The translations under genes were made by a program, and so were the position numbers. 64,000 bases of DNA from Hormiphora californensis (taxonomy: Eukaryota; Animalia; Ctenophora): NCBI GenBank assembly GCA_020137815.1, contig CM035359.1, forward strand, positions 4,774,001 through 4,838,000, given 5' to 3'. The notes below the pieces were generated by a model, which saw only the letters and a list, made by a program, of their open reading frames with translations, was not told the DNA's origin and ran no database searches. Shown one piece after another: positions 60,414 to 64,000 of this stretch (position 1 is the stretch's first letter; every line of letters starts with the position of its first letter).

Positions 60414-60484
<71 letters not shown>

Positions 60485-61060
60485 CAGAGAGAGAGACAGA
60501 TCAGAGAGAGAGACAGATCAGAGAGACAGAGAGAGATAAGCTACTATAGAGCACTGCTAGAAAAACAATTTCTATCAGTGTGATCGGAGTGGGGACCTCT
60601 AAACTTGTCTCGCGTGGGTTCAGGCATTCAGGAAAATGACGTTGATTCAGGTGTTCAAATCAAATTGCTAATAAAACAAACGTTTCGACACAACGTGTCC
60701 TCATCAGTGTTAAGCTATTAGTGCTCAATATATAGCTATCTCTCCCTCCCATATCATGATAATGGCCGACAGCCAACCCTTATTAGGAACTCGCCCCTCG
60801 CCACGTGTCCCGATCGATGGCACATTTTAACTAGATAGTACTTCTAAACTAGTTTTGAGACCAGTTTTTGAGTTAGAAAGTATGACGCATATAACCACCA
60901 CGTCGCGATTCTCCAGACTCACAAGACGCAGAGCTATAATTTACGAGTGACGTATAATTAATTCCGGTTGCGTTAGTCTCGAAAGCTAGGAGTAGGATTC
61001 AGAAAAACTCTGTGCCTTATTTGGTCCCTTATTTGGTCCTAACATAACATGTCAACTATC

Positions 61061-62772
61061 CAGCTAATCAGACCTCCCTCCCTTCCCAGTTTATCAGACC
61101 TCCCTCCCTCCCCAGTTTATCAGACCTCCCTCCCTTCCCAGTTATCAGACCTCCCTCCCCACTCCCCAGCTAATCAGACCTCCCTCCCCAGCTAATCACA
61201 AGAAAGAAATAAAAAGCATAAGAAGAAATAAAGAATAGAAAAAAAGCATATAAAAAATCAATAAAAAAAGCTAATCAGACATCCTCCAGCTAATCAGACC
61301 CCTCCCTCCCAGCTAATAAGACCTCCCTCCCCAGCAATCAGACCTCCCGTCCCCAGCTAATCAGACCTCCCTCCACAGCCAATCACACCTTCCATCCCCA
61401 GATAATCAGACCTCCCTCCCTCCCCAGCTAATCAGACCTCCCTACCTCCCCAAAAAGCTAATCAGAACCTCCCTCCATCTCAGTGAATTTTCCCAGACCT
61501 CACTCCCACTCCCCAGTTTATAAGACCCTTCCTCCCAGTCTTATCAGACCTCCCTCCCCAGCTAATCAGACTCCCTCCCCAGCTAATCACACCTCCCTCC
61601 CAGGTAATCAGACCTCCCTCCCAAGCTAAATCACACCTCCCTCCCCAGATAATCGACCTCCCTCCCTCCCCAGCTAATCAGACCCCTCCCTACCTCCCCA
61701 GCTAAGCAGACATCCCTCCATCTTCCGTTATCAGACCTCCCTGCCCTTCCCCAGTATCAGACCACCTTCCTCCAGCTAATCAGACCCTCCTCCCCAGATA
61801 ATCAGACCTCCCTCCCCACAGCTAATCAGACCTCCCTCCCCCAGAGCTAATCAGACCACTCCTCCCCTTTGCCGATAAGGACCTCCCTCCCCAGGCTAAT
61901 CAGACCTCCCTCCCCAGTGCTAATCACGAGCAGACATACCCGCTAATCAGACCTCCCTCCCCAGCCCACTAATCAGAACTCCCTCCCCAGCAATAAGACC
62001 TCCTCCAGACTAATCAGGACCTCCCTCCCCAGTGGCAGCTAATCAGACATCCCTCCCCAGGCAAAACAAGAAGAGAAAAACACAAAGAACCACCCCCTCC
62101 TCCGCCCCTCTCGCCCCGACCTCCCCCCCACCACCTCCTCCACCCTCTCCATCCCTTACAGCAAAAACCGAGCAAAAAGACACACAGAAAAAACAAAGAG
62201 ACCGAAAGACAAGAAAGAAAAGGAGTAAAAGAACCAAATAAAAGAGGAATAAGAAATAATAAATAAAAAAGATAATCAGACATCCCTCAATACCCAGCTA
62301 ATCAAAACCTCCCTCCCGCTAATCACACCTCCCTCCCTCCCAGCTATCACACCCGCCCTCCCCCCAGCTAATTCAGACCTCCTCCCCAGCTAATCACCAC
62401 CCTCCCTCCCCAGCTCCTAATCAGAACCCTACCTCCCCAAGCTAATCAGCTCCCTCCCTCCCCAGCTAATCACACCTCCCTCCCCGCTAATCACACCTCC
62501 ATCCCTCCCCAGCTAATATAAGACCTCCCTCCCCAAGTAATCAGACCTCCCTCCCCAGCTATCAGACCTCCCCTCCCCCAGCTAACTCAGACTCCCTCCC
62601 CTCCCCCCAGCGAATTCACCACCTCCCTCCCAAGCTAATCGACCTCCCTCCCTCCCCAGCTAATCAGACCCTCCTCCCTCCCCAGCTTAAGCAGACCCCT
62701 CCCCAGATAACAGACCTCCCTCCCTCCCCAGGCTAATCAACCTACCTCCCAGCTAATCAGACCTCCCTCCCC
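61061..62772. repeat. About 23-bp C-rich minisatellite (noisy)
   Basis: Unit CAGCTAATCAGACCTCCCTCCCC repeated dozens of times with indels and two A-rich interruptions. Confidence 0.9.
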
Positions 62773-63119
62773 GATTGATGTCGATGAGAACTGGAGACGG
62801 CCAACCACATACAGTATCGCCGTGTTCCCACTGTCAGAGTGTACTGCAATGAGAAGAAATTACACCGGCCCCCGCGGGGAAAAAATGGGCATCAGTTTGC
62901 GTGTACTGCTCCGTTTTTCACGGGACTTGAACGAGGGTGACGGCAAGAGTCTCACCTATTACATGGTATCCTTACATTGTGTATTAAATCTAAAATGACT
63001 GAGCAGCATGCTTGTTAATGAACCTTGACGTGTTTGCTTGTCTCGCAAGCGCGCTCGCGACTAGCAAACACGACATGCAGTTCACACCCTGCAATAGCTA
63101 TCTCTCCCTCCCATTAGCA

Positions 63120-63588
63120 TAGGGTAAACCGGGGCAAAATGGTTAACTTTTTACTAAATCGGTTCTCACTCCCATTTAAAAAAAGATACAATGAAAAAAA
63201 TTATATAGGATTAAAGTTCATTATTTTATCTTTCAAATAAGATAAATTTCAACTCTAAGGACCATCATTTACTTAACTAAATAACTAATTTAAAAATTTT
63301 GGTCGGAAAAAATGGTACCGGGGCAATTCGGATAACACCAATAGGATTGCTTTATTTCGTCACGTGGGAGTCACGTGAACGTCCTCACAACACCAGAAGA
63401 AGATTCCCGCCTGGTGTTGTTAGAGGTGGGGGCAATTCGAACAATGTAATCTACACGCAATCTACACGCTGGTCGTTCTTGTTCGAATTGCCCCGGTATC
63501 ACGCGTGATCACGTGGTACAAAGAACTGCACATCATTGGCCCGAGTGTTAACCAAATTGCCCCTGTTCGAATTGCCCCGGTTGTTCTA
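63120..63588. mobile_element. Probable non-autonomous TIR element; its left end is shared with 11518-11570
   Basis: TAGGGT(A/G)AACCGGGG...TTAACTTTTT...ATCGGTT occurs at both sites; internal GGGGCAATTCG / CGAATTGCCCC inverted motifs. Confidence 0.5.
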
Positions 63589-64000
63589 GTAGAGTCGATA
63601 ACTACATCGACCTCTCCCAATTGTTCCAGTTTTTGTCACATCTGTTTGGAGCCTCGACACGACCTCTAAACAGGTGTTACTTTTTCACAAACTGTTTTCA
63701 TCTTGGTGTAATCAGCAGTTGAAATGTTGCTGATCATAACAAAAACCTGACTAAATTTTTTCAACTTGGGGTAAAACCATGGGTGTCAAAAGTTAGCTCT
63801 AGGTCCCCTGAGTAACCATCCGGAGACTCCAAGAGATATTTCAAGCCGTTCTCCTGTAATCATTAATCCCGGTAGAGCACATATTTGAGTATGGACGTAC
63901 GTGCAATTGCCTACAACCTCAACTTTAATGTATAACGTTAATGTGCGTCTCTCTCTTTTCTCCCCCTTGAGAAAGAGTTATCTCGCGCGGCGCAACCGCA

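Noticed and set aside
59040-60420. T-poor purine-rich stretch with several minus-strand ORFs
   Set aside because: It grades into (GA)n and looks like an error-rich read of low-complexity DNA; no protein motifs.

Overview
Repeat-rich eukaryotic (animal) genomic DNA with GT-AG introns, many (CT)n/(GA)n microsatellites and small TIR elements. The repeat families and the nested-gene layout suggest a ctenophore such as Pleurobrachia, but that is inference from recall. The centrepiece is an intact, apparently very recent 10.6-kb Ty3/gypsy-type LTR element (16008-26629). It has identical 472-bp LTRs, a TATA target duplication, PBS, PPT, gag, and pol reached by a -1 frameshift. It also has a third ORF encoding a class I (F-type) fusion glycoprotein with an inserted PAN/apple-like domain, and a fourth, unknown basic ORF, giving an errantivirus-like organisation. 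Host genes assembled by hand: an 8-exon rhodopsin-class GPCR (minus strand) whose intron 7 contains an intronless arylsulfatase G with a mucin-like stalk and C-terminal anchor; a small Regnase-type UBA-only gene; a putative 57-aa three-exon microprotein; a GPI-type surface protein; and a few orphan exons. Roughly 44.7-49.6 kb and 59-60.4 kb look like low-quality consensus sequence. All coordinates were read by eye and no database searches were run.
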